This document shows positions 1 through 11,789 of a stretch of 64,000 nucleotides of DNA, one piece after another. The notes below the pieces were generated by a model that saw nothing but the letters and a program-made list of their open reading frames with translations, did no database searches and had not been told where the DNA came from. Position 1 is the stretch's first letter, and each line of letters starts with the position of its first letter. The translations under genes and the position numbers were made by a program. This DNA is from Octopus vulgaris. Taxonomy: Eukaryota. Location: positions 110,422,001 to 110,486,000 of the forward strand of contig OX597814.1 in the NCBI GenBank assembly GCA_951406725.2, written 5' to 3'.

Positions 1-622
1 CTAGATTGAACATGCAGTGTGTGTCTGCCAAGTTTGTCCCCCACCTGCTGACCACTGAGCAGAAAGAACATCTCATTGAAATCTTTCGAGATCTCCATCA
101 GCATGCCACTGACGACCCATTCTTCATGTCAAAGATCATCACTGGTGATGAGAGTTGGGTCTAAAGGTATGACCCTGAGATGAAGCAGCAGTCATCACAA
201 TGGATGAGCCCTTCATCTCCATGACTGAATAAGGCACAACAGAGTCACAGCTCAATCAAGAGCATGCTTATCATTTTTGTTTTGACATCTGCATTATTGT
301 GCATCAAGAATTCACCCCACCCCCACCCACCCCGGTCCAGATCATCAATTGAGAGTTCTACTGCAACATTTTGAAGATGAAAAGACAGGCCAAAGGTCAC
401 CATTTTAACACCATTGTTGAAATCCAGAATGAATCGCAGAAGGTCCTCAACTTGCTTATGGAAAACAACTTCCAGGCCAGAATTCAAAAATGGCAGGAAT
501 GCTGGGACCAGTGTATTGTTGTGCAAAGTGACTAGTTTCAAGGAGATGATGTTAAAACTTAGGTAAATAAATTATTTTTTATTAAACATAACTAGTCCAG
601 GAACTTTTTGATACCACCTCAT
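1..622 (+). mobile_element. Decayed mariner (Tc1/mariner) transposon, 3' part with right TIR
   Basis: Translates to VSAKFVPHLLT...IITGDESWV*RYDPEMKQQSSQW and a C-terminal WDQCIVVQSD*FQGD, both mariner motifs; has stops and deletions; ends in a TIR-like ACTTTTTGATACCACCTCA followed by TA. Confidence 0.85.
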
Positions 623-1197
623 ATAATTCAAACATCAAGATTTTTCAACTTTAGAAGCAGTATTGAGATGAACTTAACAATTTTCTGGATGCCATAAAAG
701 ATTTAAGTACTAGCACAAACAAACCCTTTAGAAAAGCTTACTTACAAAAGCACAGGTTTGTGCTACTGCTCCTTTTAAAATTCAATGTTGGTAGAAATAT
801 TTTTTACTTTTTATCAATGAGAACTTTGATAAAGGAGGAATTTCCCTAAAACACTATATTGGTATGACAGAAATACCATTCCAAAAATGACTTTACAATC
901 ATACATTTTCCTTCAGAAACATTGAACAAAATATAGCAAAAGTAATGAGTTACATTTGGTCTTTAAAAGGAAACACTGCAGATTACATTCCCAACTGGAG
1001 GATTGTTGAGAAATGTGATCTACAGAAAAAACTCATTGCAGCCAGAGATATATTCAAATGTCAAATCAAAAGCATTCAGTAAATATAAACATGTCCCATT
1101 CAGTATGTACACAGCTGCACTGAATGAGATTCTGTATTCCTGCAGGTCTGGTAAGTGATCGTAGAGATGCAGATTTCTTTTACGGAGTCTTCTCCTT

Positions 1198-1211
1198 TTA
1201 ATATTCTTTAG
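1198..1211 (-). CDS. BRME1: Putative last coding exon (exon 7) of BRME1-like gene; 3' UTR continues leftwards
   Basis: TTTCAG acceptor (AG at 1213-1212). The phase-1 junction with exon 6 gives A-K-E-Y-stop (TAA at 1200-1198). Very short, so the weakest part of the model. Confidence 0.4.
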
Positions 1212-1929
1212 CTGAAATGTTTTTCCTTCATCTTTTTCTATTTTATCTATTTATCTCTTATTTCCTTCTCCGTTTTAAAATGAGACTATCATTAAACTAA
1301 ACCTTATGCTTTCTGTATCAATCTTATTATTCAATCATTTATTTTTTAAGTAACATTTAACTTCTTTTCAATACAAGTCAACAAAGGCATTATTACAGGA
1401 GTTAACACCTTCAGATTTATTCATAAAGGATCTCCTCTTAAACAAACTTGTGGTTTAAAGTTAGTAAGTAAAGGAAAGAAAAATATTTCAAAAACCCTGA
1501 GTACAAATGAAACTAAGTCTTATATCCTTTGTACCAAGAAGTAGTTATGCATTCTTCCCAAGAACCCTATTAGCCTGATATACATTGGAGTGCTACCAAG
1601 TTACTTGCCAGGGTCATTTAGATTCCCACTACTTGATGTGTGAATGTATGAGTGTGTATGTTTTATGTAGATGTAAATGAAAAACAGTTGGGTATTTAAA
1701 TACAGGGATCAGTCAATTGTTTTCAGAAGAGTACTCTATATGTTTTACAAAGAAAAATTTCAGAAACTGATGACAGCAAGTAAGCCAAAACTTCAATGTC
1801 ACTGTTATCTTTGATACCCTTCCTAACATCAACCACTTTGAGAGTGTAGTGGGTACTTTCTATGTACCACCAGCACATAAAAAGCACCCACTACATTCTC
1901 AGAGTGGTTGACATTAGGAAAGGCATATA

Positions 1930-2176
1930 TCATCATCATCGTTTAACATCCGTTTTCCATGCTAGCATGGGTTGGACAGTTCAACCGGGGTCTGGGAAGC
2001 AAGGAGGCTGCACCAGGCTCCAGTCTGGTCTAGCAGTGTTTCTACAGCTGGATGCCCTTCCTAACACCAACCACTCTGTGAGTGCAGTAGGTGCTTTTTA
2101 CGTGCCACTGACACAGGTGCCAGGGGAGGCTGGCAGCAGCCACGACCGGTTGGTGCTTTTTACATGCCACCAGCAC
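1930..2176 (-). mobile_element. RTE-type LINE 3' tail
   Basis: Reverse complement of the recurrent GGTTGGCGTTAGGAAGGGCATCCAGCTGTAGAA...CCATGCCAGCATGGAAAACGGACGTTAAACGATGATGAT tail. Confidence 0.8.
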
Positions 2177-2221
2177 TATCTATCTATCTATCTATCTATC
2201 TATATATATATATTTTATTTT

Positions 2222-3381
2222 TTTGTTTTTATTTTATCTAGTTTCAGCTCACGAGCTGTGGCCATGCTGGGGCACCACCATTCGGTGTTGCAACATGATT
2301 TTATTTCACAAATGCTTTTTAGCAATTGACATTTGGTGCATGAGAGAGTTTGATGCAGCTACCCTCATCTGCACCTCCTGCTGTGAAGTTGGTTCATCTG
2401 GGACACCTAACAGGAAAAGGTCCAACTTTATTTTAAAGACATCTGCATCCACCCCATGCAGGTCTCTCAGGTCCTTCGGGAGGATATTGAAGAGCTGTGA
2501 ACCTCTGAAGCCCAGGCTATCACAGTATCTTGTCCTACATCTTGATGGCAAATTTGGAGTCCTTGGCACTATGCAGTGGCATCCAGTTCTAGTATTTGTG
2601 CAACTCTCGATGCCAAAGTTTGGGACAAGTCCTTCCAGGATCTTCCCGATGTATATTATGGCATATCTTTCTTGCCTATGCTCTAAGGAATAGAGTCTTA
2701 ATCTCTTGAGTCTTTCCCAATAGCTTATATGCTGCACAGAGGCTATCTTCTTTGTGTAGCTTCATTGGATCGCCTCCAGTTCTGAGATTAATTTGACACT
2801 GGTTGGTGACCATAGCCGAGAGCAATAGTCAAAGTGGCTTAGGACAAGTGTCCTCCAGAGGACCATCATGGTTTCCTGGTTTCTTGTTCTAAAAGCTCTA
2901 AGAATCCATCCGGTCAGCCGCCAACATTTCATTGCCAATTTAGCAACATGCACATGAAAGGTTGCATCATTACTCATGTAAATACCCAGGTCTCGCACTG
3001 ATTGTGCCTCTGGGATTGCAATCCCTCCAGGTCCAGTGTATTTATTGGGTATTGCATTTACTTTTGCATGCTGATAGCATAAAGCTTGAAACTTTTCAGC
3101 ATTGAACTGCATGCTATTCTTTTCAGCCCACTTGTATATTTTGTCCAGGTCACATTGCAGGTGCATAGTATCTTCAGGGTTCTGTATTACCTGTGAAACT
3201 TTTGTATCATCTGCATAACTTGTGATCATGGCTCTCTGCGTGGCTGAGGGCATGTCTGAGAGGACCATTATAAACAGCAGTGGTCCCAAAACAGTGCCTT
3301 GCGGGACACCCGCTCACTATTTGCATGTTATTTGAGGTGGCCCCATTGGCTACTACCACCTGACTTCTATCCTTCAGAAAG

Positions 3382-3384
<3 letters not shown>
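2222..3384 (-). mobile_element. 5'-truncated CR1-group LINE (RT C-terminal half and 3' tail)
   Basis: ORFs 2762-3289 and 2306-2737 give (P)QGTVLGPLLF, YADDTK, DLGI, DYCSRLWSP and YWERLKRLRLYSLE; one frameshift and one stop; 5' end abuts (TA)n. Confidence 0.9.
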
Positions 3385-3422
<38 letters not shown>

Positions 3423-3879
3423 CATATATATATACATACATATATGTGCTAATGACCTGCTTCTTAGAAGTATTTGATCACAGAGTAACAGAAGCTATTC
3501 TAATAGCAATAGAAAAGGTAGTAGAGATTACATTGAGTGTACACTCTTCATCAGTCATCTTTATCAATCTTTCATGCACCCCTGCACCATCACTATATAA
3601 CATGGGACAGTACTATCCATTCTCCCTTCTCTCTTTCTCTCACTAACTCCTGACTGTTCTTTCCTTTCTATTAAAATCAAGTCTCCTCTGTTACTTTCTC
3701 CTCAAACATCTCTCACAACAATAAATCTGTTCATTCCATCATACTTTCACTTCTCTCTACACCTCCTCTAAAACCATCACTATTTCATATTCTCTCTCTC
3801 GTTCTTGGAACTCTACAAGGTGGCTGGAAAATCAAGCAGAGAAAACGTAATGTTGAGAGGACTCTAGTTTTGCTGAAGG

Positions 3880-5760
3880 CATGACAACCTCTATAGTACT
3901 GGTGCCATGAAAAGTGGTTGATGTTAGGAAGGCCATTCAGATGTAGAAATCAAGCCAAAAATGAAATGCATGAACAAGGCACAGTGTTACTACCCATCTA
4001 AGAGGGCAGTAAGTTCAAATAAAACCTGATTTGGACTACGATGACCCATCAAACTGATGCCAACATGGAAAGTGAATATGAATGATGATGATGATATCAC
4101 TTAAACAAGGAGACATGGAAGTGCTATTACGAAAGGTTACCGAATGAGGAGACTGCTTAAAGGAGATAGGATCCTTGCCAAAGTAGACCCAATACAGAGA
4201 CTGGCCATTAAAAGTGACATTTGTATTGTTACAAGTACAATTAAGTCTCTGGGAAACCAAATGGTAGATGAGGGATAGTTGCTGAGATGCTTAAAATAAT
4301 CAGCAAAATAGAGTCACTAACACAGTGACTGGTACAGCAGTATTTTCAACTGTTGTAAAGGAAATGCACTTTAGAGCAGCAGCTTCAAAGGTATTAAACT
4401 GATGGGTCAGTTTATGAAAGTTATGGGAAGAGATAGAAGACAACTGATTAGAAGCAAAATTATTTTTAATGAGATGCTTAATACCAAGAAGCAGTACTAC
4501 CAATATTGTCTTCCTAGTAAGAGAGGTGGCATATTTAGTATTTATATTTTGCATCCATCAACCTAAAGGCAACATTTGAAAGAGTTCTACACACTGTAAT
4601 TTTATGATCACTAAGGAAAGTAGGGGATCGATGAATGGTTTGTGGGGGCCATGCAAGTCATGTACAGCTGTGCAGTCAGCAAAGTGAAAGTCATCAATGA
4701 TCTCAATGAGGAATTTAATGTGCAACAGATGTCCATTAGGACTCAGTTCTCTATTTATTATAATCCTCCAGTCCTAACAGAAGAGTTTAAAGACCAGTTG
4801 TTTGTAGGAATTGAATCTGTAGAAGAGTTAGATAAAAAAAATTCTAGACATACAACCAAAACCTAGAATCAAGAGGCCTCAAAATAAAGTGAAGACAAAA
4901 GTTTTACTTGGTAGGTAATATGTCAGGACTTTACAACTATCAGTAAAACAGATGCGTTCAAAATGCAAAAGTGTTAGTAAAAACTCCATATACAGTAATG
5001 CCTCAACTATCACAGGCGTTATGTTCCAAAACGCCCTGTAATAGGTGAAAATCACGAAGTAGAAACAGTACTGTACTGTATATTTTTATTTTTATAATTT
5101 GTATATATTTATTTTATTATAAATGCAAAACAACACCATGGAGGAATCAACATAAGCTTAAATAAGAAACCATGATATGGCGAGGGATTACTGTAGTGTA
5201 CTCTATGTACAAGAAGTGTGGCAATGATGTTAGACTTCACATGTAGCAGGTGCATAAGAATAGGTAACAGTAAGAAAATATGAGAAATAAATTCCTTCAA
5301 ATACTTGGAAGGCTCCTTGAAGTAGTTGATAGTTTTTTTGTTACCTAGGTAACCTAATTATCATTGAAAGAGGCTGTTCCAAAAGCATACTAACCAGAAT
5401 AAGAAATGAGTGAAGAAAGTCGAGGGAGCTATTACCTCTTCTGTTAGCAAAAAAGTTTCTCAGAGTAAAGGGGAAAATTGTATAATACTAGTGTAAGAAG
5501 TGCAATTGTGTAAGGCAGTGAGAATGGGCTTTGAACACAGAAGATGTGCGAAAACTGGAAAGAAATGAAATGAGTATGCTCTACTGAATGGGTAATATTA
5601 GAATGCATGAACAATGAAGCACAAATGAACTGAGAGAACAACTGAATCTAAGAGGAATGAGATATAGTGTGCAGAAAAACTACACTGGTACATGTTCTGC
5701 ATATGGAGGACACCAACTGTTTAAAGATGTGTTATGTATAGAAGAGAGAGGCCAAGAAAT
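3880..5760 (+). mobile_element. Highly decayed RTE-related fragments
   Basis: Patchy similarity to the better-preserved RTE at 6588-8410 (a 3'-tail-like piece, then RT and NSI-C-x2-C segments); interrupted by a MITE. Confidence 0.55.
4993..5193. mobile_element. Tigger/pogo-like MITE nested in an RTE remnant
   Basis: TA|CAGTAATGCCTC...GAGGGATTACTG|TA termini; a second copy lies at about 48800-48991. Confidence 0.8.
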
Positions 5761-6547
5761 ATGCAAGTATGTTGTCAGGCACATATACATTTATACAGAC
5801 TGGTATGTACATTTACATGTATGTATAAACATATGTGTGCATATCACTGCATGTGCCTGTAATACAGACATGTATAGGGAGTTAAGCCTAGTGTGTATAT
5901 ATGTGTGTGCATGTTTTGGAGAGACTGTTAGCGTGAGTAGTAATAATTTGGTCATTCTAACTGATAGTATACTAGATAGTGAATCAGATCACAAGTTGAT
6001 CAAGACAAGACCCCACTTCCATGTCACATATTACACCCTTTTACCTCTTTTTCCATCCACTATTTAATATTGTGCACATCTTCAGCCACTATGTCACTTC
6101 TGGGAAAAAGATATATATTCACATTCACATCAAAACTAATGTAGTAACTGAACATACTCACCAAGGATAAAGATAAGATAATTATCATTATATATACAAT
6201 TTTCTCATCACTTTTTCAGTAAGGATGGTAGTCTATGCTTTGCTAACGATGTCTAATAAGGCTGAAACATGGTCAGAGTTATTTCCTATACTTAGCCCAA
6301 ATTATTAAAATAATATTTATCATCAAATAAATGTTATCTTTTCTTCACTGCATTCTTTTACTTGTTTCAGTCATTTCACTGTGGCTATGCTGGAGCACCA
6401 CCTTAAAAAGTGTTAGTTGAAGAAATCAACCCCAGGGTTTAGTCTTTGTAAGCCTAGTACTTATTTTATCGGTCTCTTTTGCCAAACCACTAAGTTACAG
6501 GGACATAAACAACCAGCATATGTTCTCAAGCAATGGCAGAGGAACAA

Positions 6548-6587
<40 letters not shown>

Positions 6588-8409
6588 GTCCGCATGGATA
6601 ATGGTGCACTTGCTTTTAATGATTCGGAAAAGAAAGATGCTTGGAGGAGCCATTATGAAAGACTGTTGAACGTGGAGAATGAGTGTGAGGAGGAGAGCCT
6701 GCCAAATGTTGATCCAGTAGAGGGACCAGCTATCCGAATAGACAGCACCCTGGTAGGTAAAGCAATTAAGGATATGAAGCCAGGAAAAGCCCCCGGCCCA
6801 TCAAGAATCACTGCTGAGATGCTTAAAATATCTGGTGGTGTGGGCTATGGCTTAGTCACTCGTATTGTAAACAAGGTAGTTCATGATGGAGTCATATCCA
6901 ATGATTGGCGTAGCAGCACCATAGAACTAGAGAAGAAATTTCAGGTTTGGAAGCAAGGTTTAGAACTGAAGGGCCTTAAAGTCAATGTTGCAAAGACCAA
7001 AGTTCTAGTAAGAAGGAAGGCGAACACATCACACACCTCTTCAGGTAGGTGGCCCTGCTCAATTTGTAGAAAAGGTGTAAGTAGAAATTCCATAAGATGT
7101 ACCCAGTGTAATCTACGGACACTTGAGAGGTGCAGTGACATCAAAGGAAGATTAACCAGGAAGATAGCTTTCACGTGTAGCAGATGCACAAGGGCAATAA
7201 ACACTGAAGATGAAAGAAGAAAATAGACTCCATCACATGCAGGGGGAGAAACTAGAAGTAGTTGAAAGCTTCCACTACCTAGGTGACCAAGTCTGTAGTG
7301 GGGGTGGTTGCTCAGAGAGTGTTACCACTAAGAATAAGAATAGGCTGGGCAAAGTTCAGAAAGCTTCTACTCCTACTGGTGACAAAAAGCCTCTCGCTCA
7401 GAGAGATAGGTAGATTTTATGATACCTGTGTGCAAACTGCCATGCATTACGGCAGTGAAACATGCGCCGTGACTGCTGAAGATATGTGTAGGCTCGAAAG
7501 AAATGAAGCTAGCATGATCTGCTGGATGTGTAATGTCAGTGTGCACACACAACAGAGTGTAAGCGTCCTGAGAGAAATGGTAGACATAAGAAGCATTGGA
7601 TGTGGCGTGCAAGAGAGACATGCGTTGGTATGGTCATGTACTGCGGATAGATGAGAAGAGCTGTGTGAAGAAGTGCCACTCCCAGACAGTGGAAGGAATC
7701 CGGGGTAGAGGGAGACCCAGGAAGACATGGGATGAGGCAGTGAAGCATGGACATCAAACGTTGGGTCTCACAGAGGCAATGACAAAAGACCAAGACCTCT
7801 GGAGGTATGCTGTGACTGAGAAGACCCAGCAAATAAAGTGAGTCCACAGCTGTAACCTACACCAGTGTCGCATAACCAGCCCACTCAAAAGTACCTTGGA
7901 TTGTAGGGCAACATGCCATGCTTGAGGAGAGCTATTGAGTCAAGTACATCAACACCAAATCAAATGGAAATTGTAGTTGTGAGCCCCATGCTGGTAGCAC
8001 ATAAAAAGCACCATCCGTACATGGCTGATGCCAGTGCCACCTTGACTAGCTTCCATGCTGGTGGCACATAAAAAGCACCATCTGAATGTGGTCGATGCCG
8101 AGTCAAGTACATCAACATCAGCAATATCAAAATCAAAACAAATGGAAATTGTAGTTGTGATCCCCGTGCCAGTAGCACGTAAAAAGCATCATCTGAACGT
8201 GGTTGATGCTAGCTCCTCTGGCCCCTTGTGCTGGTAGCACGTAAAAGCACCCACTACACTCTCGGAGTGGTTGGCGTTAGGAAGGGCAACCAGCTGCAGA
8301 AACACTGCCAGATCAGATTGGGGCCTGGTGCAGCCTTCTGGCTTCCTAGACCCCAGTCGAACTGTCCAACCCATGCCAGCATAGAAAACGGACGTTAAAT
8401 GATGATGAT
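6588..8409 (+). mobile_element. RTE-clade LINE remnant with internal deletion and repeat-bearing 3' UTR
   Basis: ORFs give MKPGKAPGPSRITAEMLK, GLKVNVAKTK, a Cys-rich insert, FHYLGD, YGSET, MRWYGHVLR and RGRGRPRKTW; ends in (GAT)n. Confidence 0.9.
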
Positions 8410-8419
8410 ATATATATAT

Positions 8420-8741
8420 ATCATCATCGTTTGACATCCCTTTTTCATACTGGCATGGGTTGGATGGTTTGACTGAGGTCTAGAGAGTCAGCAGCTGCAC
8501 CAGGCTCCAATCTGATCTAGCAATGTTTCTACAGCTGAATGCCTTTCCTAACACGCCTTCGTTCTAAGGCTTAGGTTTTTGCTAGATTAACCCTAAGGCT
8601 TCTCGATTCTAGACCTTGCTTCTACACCCTAAACTTCATCTAGTTCTGGCAGTGACTCGGCTATTAGAGCAAGGTCATCAGCATAGAGGAGCTCCCAGGG
8701 GCAGCCTGTCTTGAATTCCTCTGTTATTGCCTGGAGGACTA

Positions 8742-8744
<3 letters not shown>
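8420..8744 (-). mobile_element. Internally deleted RTE fragment, tail-to-tail with the previous copy
   Basis: Minus strand reads EEFKTGCPWELLYADDLALIAESL, joined directly to the 3' tail. Confidence 0.85.
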
Positions 8745-8789
<45 letters not shown>

Positions 8790-8823
8790 AAAATTTGAAA
8801 ATGCAATTTTAAAAGATGTTTAT

Positions 8824-8869
8824 TTACTTGACCGGTTTCACTTTTTTAGAAAAAGATTGTCAAAAGTAA
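8824..8869 (-). ncRNA. Minimal type-I hammerhead ribozyme motif (U3-A8 core), left arm
   Basis: Exact reverse complement of the motif at 9623-9668. Confidence 0.65.
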
Positions 8870-9622
8870 CTTGTAAAAGCCTTTTTGTGTTAGGTACTGG
8901 TTGTCACAAAATATTATAATACATATATACATTCTTTGATAATAATAAGAACATTTTAAAAACAGTTTACAAGGGAAAATTTTTGGAAAATATAAAAAAA
9001 ATTTGATAAGTTCATTAAAATATTGGGTACAAAAGATTACAATACATATATACATTCTTTGATAATACTTAGAGAATGTTAAAAACAGTTTACAGAAAGA
9101 ATTATTAAAAAGTTCAGAGGAATATTGGTATTGTATCTGTATATATATATACACAGAAAATTATAAGTTCAAAAAGGTTACATTTTGGTAAATATACAAT
9201 GAGGGTTTGAACTGACCTGATTCACCAACACTGTCCCTTGAAATAGAAAATAGTCTTTTACGATAATATGGTGAATCAGGTCAGTTCAAACCCTCATTGT
9301 ATATTTACCAAAATGTAACCTTTTTGAACTTATAACTTTCTGTGTATATATATTGATACAATACCAATATTCCTCTGAACTTTTTAATAATTCTTTCTGT
9401 AAACTGTTTTTAACATTCTCTAATTATTATCAAAGAATGTATATATGTATTGTAATCTTTTGTACCCAATATTTTAATGAACTTACCAAATTTTTTTTAT
9501 ATTTTCCTAAGATTTTCCCTTGTAAACTGTTTTTAAAATGTTCTTATTATTATCAAAGAATGTATATATGTATTGTAATATTTTGTGACAACCAGTACCT
9601 AACACAAAAAGGCTTTTACATG

Positions 9623-9668
9623 TTACTTTTGACAATCTTTTTCTAAAAAAGTGAAACCGGTCAAGTAA
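9623..9668 (+). ncRNA. Minimal type-I hammerhead ribozyme motif (U3-A8 core), right arm
   Basis: TTACTT-TTGACAA-T[CTTTTT cta AAAAAG]T-GAAAC-CG-GTC-AAGTAA: 6-bp stem I, stem II, palindromic ACCGGT stem III, GUC cleavage triplet. Confidence 0.65.
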
Positions 9669-11277
9669 ATAAACATCTTTTAAAATTGCATTTTCAAACC
9701 TTCTTTCATATATAATTCCACTCGTGCGGTACCTTACAACTCCACTTTGTTATATATATATATATATATATACATACATACACATGCACACACATACACA
9801 AAGGGCTTCTTCCAGTTTCTATCTACCAAATCCATTCATAAGGCTTTGGTTGGACCAATGCTATAGTAGAAGTCACTTGCCAAAGGTGCCACATAGTGGG
9901 ACTGAACCTGGAACCATGCAGTTGAGAAGCAAGCTTCTTACCACTTTTTTTTCATTTTTGGTTAACTGCATTAAATATGTTAACACTACCAAAAACATTC
10001 CCTATTTAGTAGTTTTCTCACCAAAGACAGTTGCCCCAAAAAAGCCACTAAAGAATTACTTTATACACCAAACTGACATGTAAAAGTCAATAATCACTTT
10101 CAAAGTTAAAAAGAAATATAATTAAGAAATTTGTAAAGTACTTAAAAAAAACTAATGTAAACCAACAAATCTCCCTTAAGGTCTGTAAAAACTAGTTGAC
10201 AGCTGACTTTCAATAGCACTGTGTCACTCATCTGAATGAACAATGAAACTGACTCTTTATACTTTATAATACTACCAGGAAATAAAACACAATCTAACAG
10301 TATATGTGTGTTCTAAACAACTTGCATGACTTCATCCACGATGTAATTGTTTCAGTTTACACTACTTACCAAGCAAGTACAATACTCAAAAGAGTGAGTG
10401 AGTGAGTGTGCCTGTCTGTGTGTGTGTATATATAGACAATTTCAGGTATATCAAGTATCATACGATATATATTCTTGATTTATAAAAATTAACTCCACCA
10501 CTGGAGGATGCAACATGAAATGGTAATTGAGAACAGTGCCTTATGAGAAGGGAAGACAATCTTCAGACTCAAGAATTCTATAAAATTAGCTTATCATTAA
10601 CCTGTTGATGGTAGGAAAGGGGCACATGAATGTGCATGCCAAACAAGTAAAAACAAAAAAAATATCACTTTTTCTTAAGGATAATTTTAATACTTATTTT
10701 CACTTTAAATAAGAACATTATCTATAATAATTGTTGGTCTTTTGCACAATAAAATTTTTGAAAACCTCAATTGATGGTGTCAGCTGTTCTCTAATGAAAC
10801 ATCAGTTGATGATAAGGGTTTAAGAAAAGGACAGGTTTAGTGTCTAGAGATGAAAGCACAGTAGTAGACATGTTTCTACCTCAGCATGACAATTGTCCTA
10901 CTTTATCTTCAGCAGCCAAAGGACATAGACATATACAGAAAGAGTAGATCACATTTATGGTTTAGACAATTTTCATAAATTAAACAAAAATTGGCAGAGA
11001 AATAACTCAGAGTGGATAGCGGCATGTACATGAACAACACAGACAATTATAAGAATATCAAAAACCATACAACATAAATTCTTAATTTATTAAAATTATT
11101 CTCCATTGAAATATCACATATGTACACAGTCAGCATGTGTGTATGTTTGTTAATTGGTTTAAAGATAATCAAAAATGACTTTGAAAAGTTATTTTTTGTT
11201 AGTGGGGGGCAGGGGTTTAAGTTAATCTGAAAATAATAAATAGACTGTGAAAAGCAATAAAAATAACTAAAATTTAC

Positions 11278-11393
11278 CTAAAAATGTTTGAAGTGTTCCT
11301 TGCTTTTTAATGATATTCTGAGAAGTTGACTGAGCATTTCTCTTCTGTCTAAAAGCATTTTCCATTTCTCTTTGTGAACGAATAATAAATTTG
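11278..11393 (-). CDS. BRME1: BRME1-like gene coding exon 6 (116 nt)
   Basis: TTTCAG acceptor and GTAAAT donor; phase 2 to 1; encodes (N)KFIIRSQREMENAFRQKRNAQSTSQNIIKKQGTLQTFL, continuing the helix begun in exon 5. Confidence 0.85.
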
Positions 11394-11482
11394 CTGAAAA
11401 TTTGAACAGAGAAAGAAACAAAATTTTAATACAATTTTATCAAACCAGACTGCAATTGAATTTTGAATATTCAGCATATATA

Positions 11483-11690
11483 AGGCAACGAGTTAGCAGA
11501 ATTGTTAGCACACTGGACAAAATGTCTAGCAGCATTTCATCCATCTTTACATTCTGAGTTCAAATTCTGCTGGGGTTGACTTTGCCATTCATCCTTTCGG
11601 AATCAATAAGTACCATTTGAACACTGGGGTCAATGTAATTGACTTATCCCTGCCCACAAAATTGCTGGCCTTGTATCAAAATTTGAAACC
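11483..11690 (+). mobile_element. Old SINE (second family)
   Basis: GAGTTCAAATTC B-box-like motif; a related inverted copy lies at about 48120-48325. Confidence 0.6.
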
Positions 11691-11789
11691 AATATATATT
11701 ATGGGTAAATTAGGCATTAGGTAATCTGTTCTTATGTTTTCAATTCAAATCTGGTGTTGTTTCTAAACCTCAAGAAGTTAGAAATAGTG

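Larger units (their letters stand above)
8781..9712. repeat. Long fold-back (about 445-bp inverted arms, 41-nt spacer), Penelope-like
   Basis: 8781-9227 is the near-identical reverse complement of 9269-9712; the mirrored ORFs 8846-9154(-) and 9353-9646(+) confirm it. Confidence 0.95.

Noticed and set aside
1020-1211. 63-codon phase-0 reading of the last exon (LKNIKRRRLRKRN...)
   Set aside because: Phase is incompatible with exon 6 and I found no bridging exon; it cannot be fully excluded without RNA data.
6238-6278. Hammerhead-like CTAACGA...GAAAC-ATG-GTC
   Set aside because: G5 is mutated and the stems are weak; at best a dead copy.
8846-9646. Pair of near-identical ORFs of about 100 aa on opposite strands
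   Set aside because: By-product of the AT-rich inverted repeat; no protein-like features.
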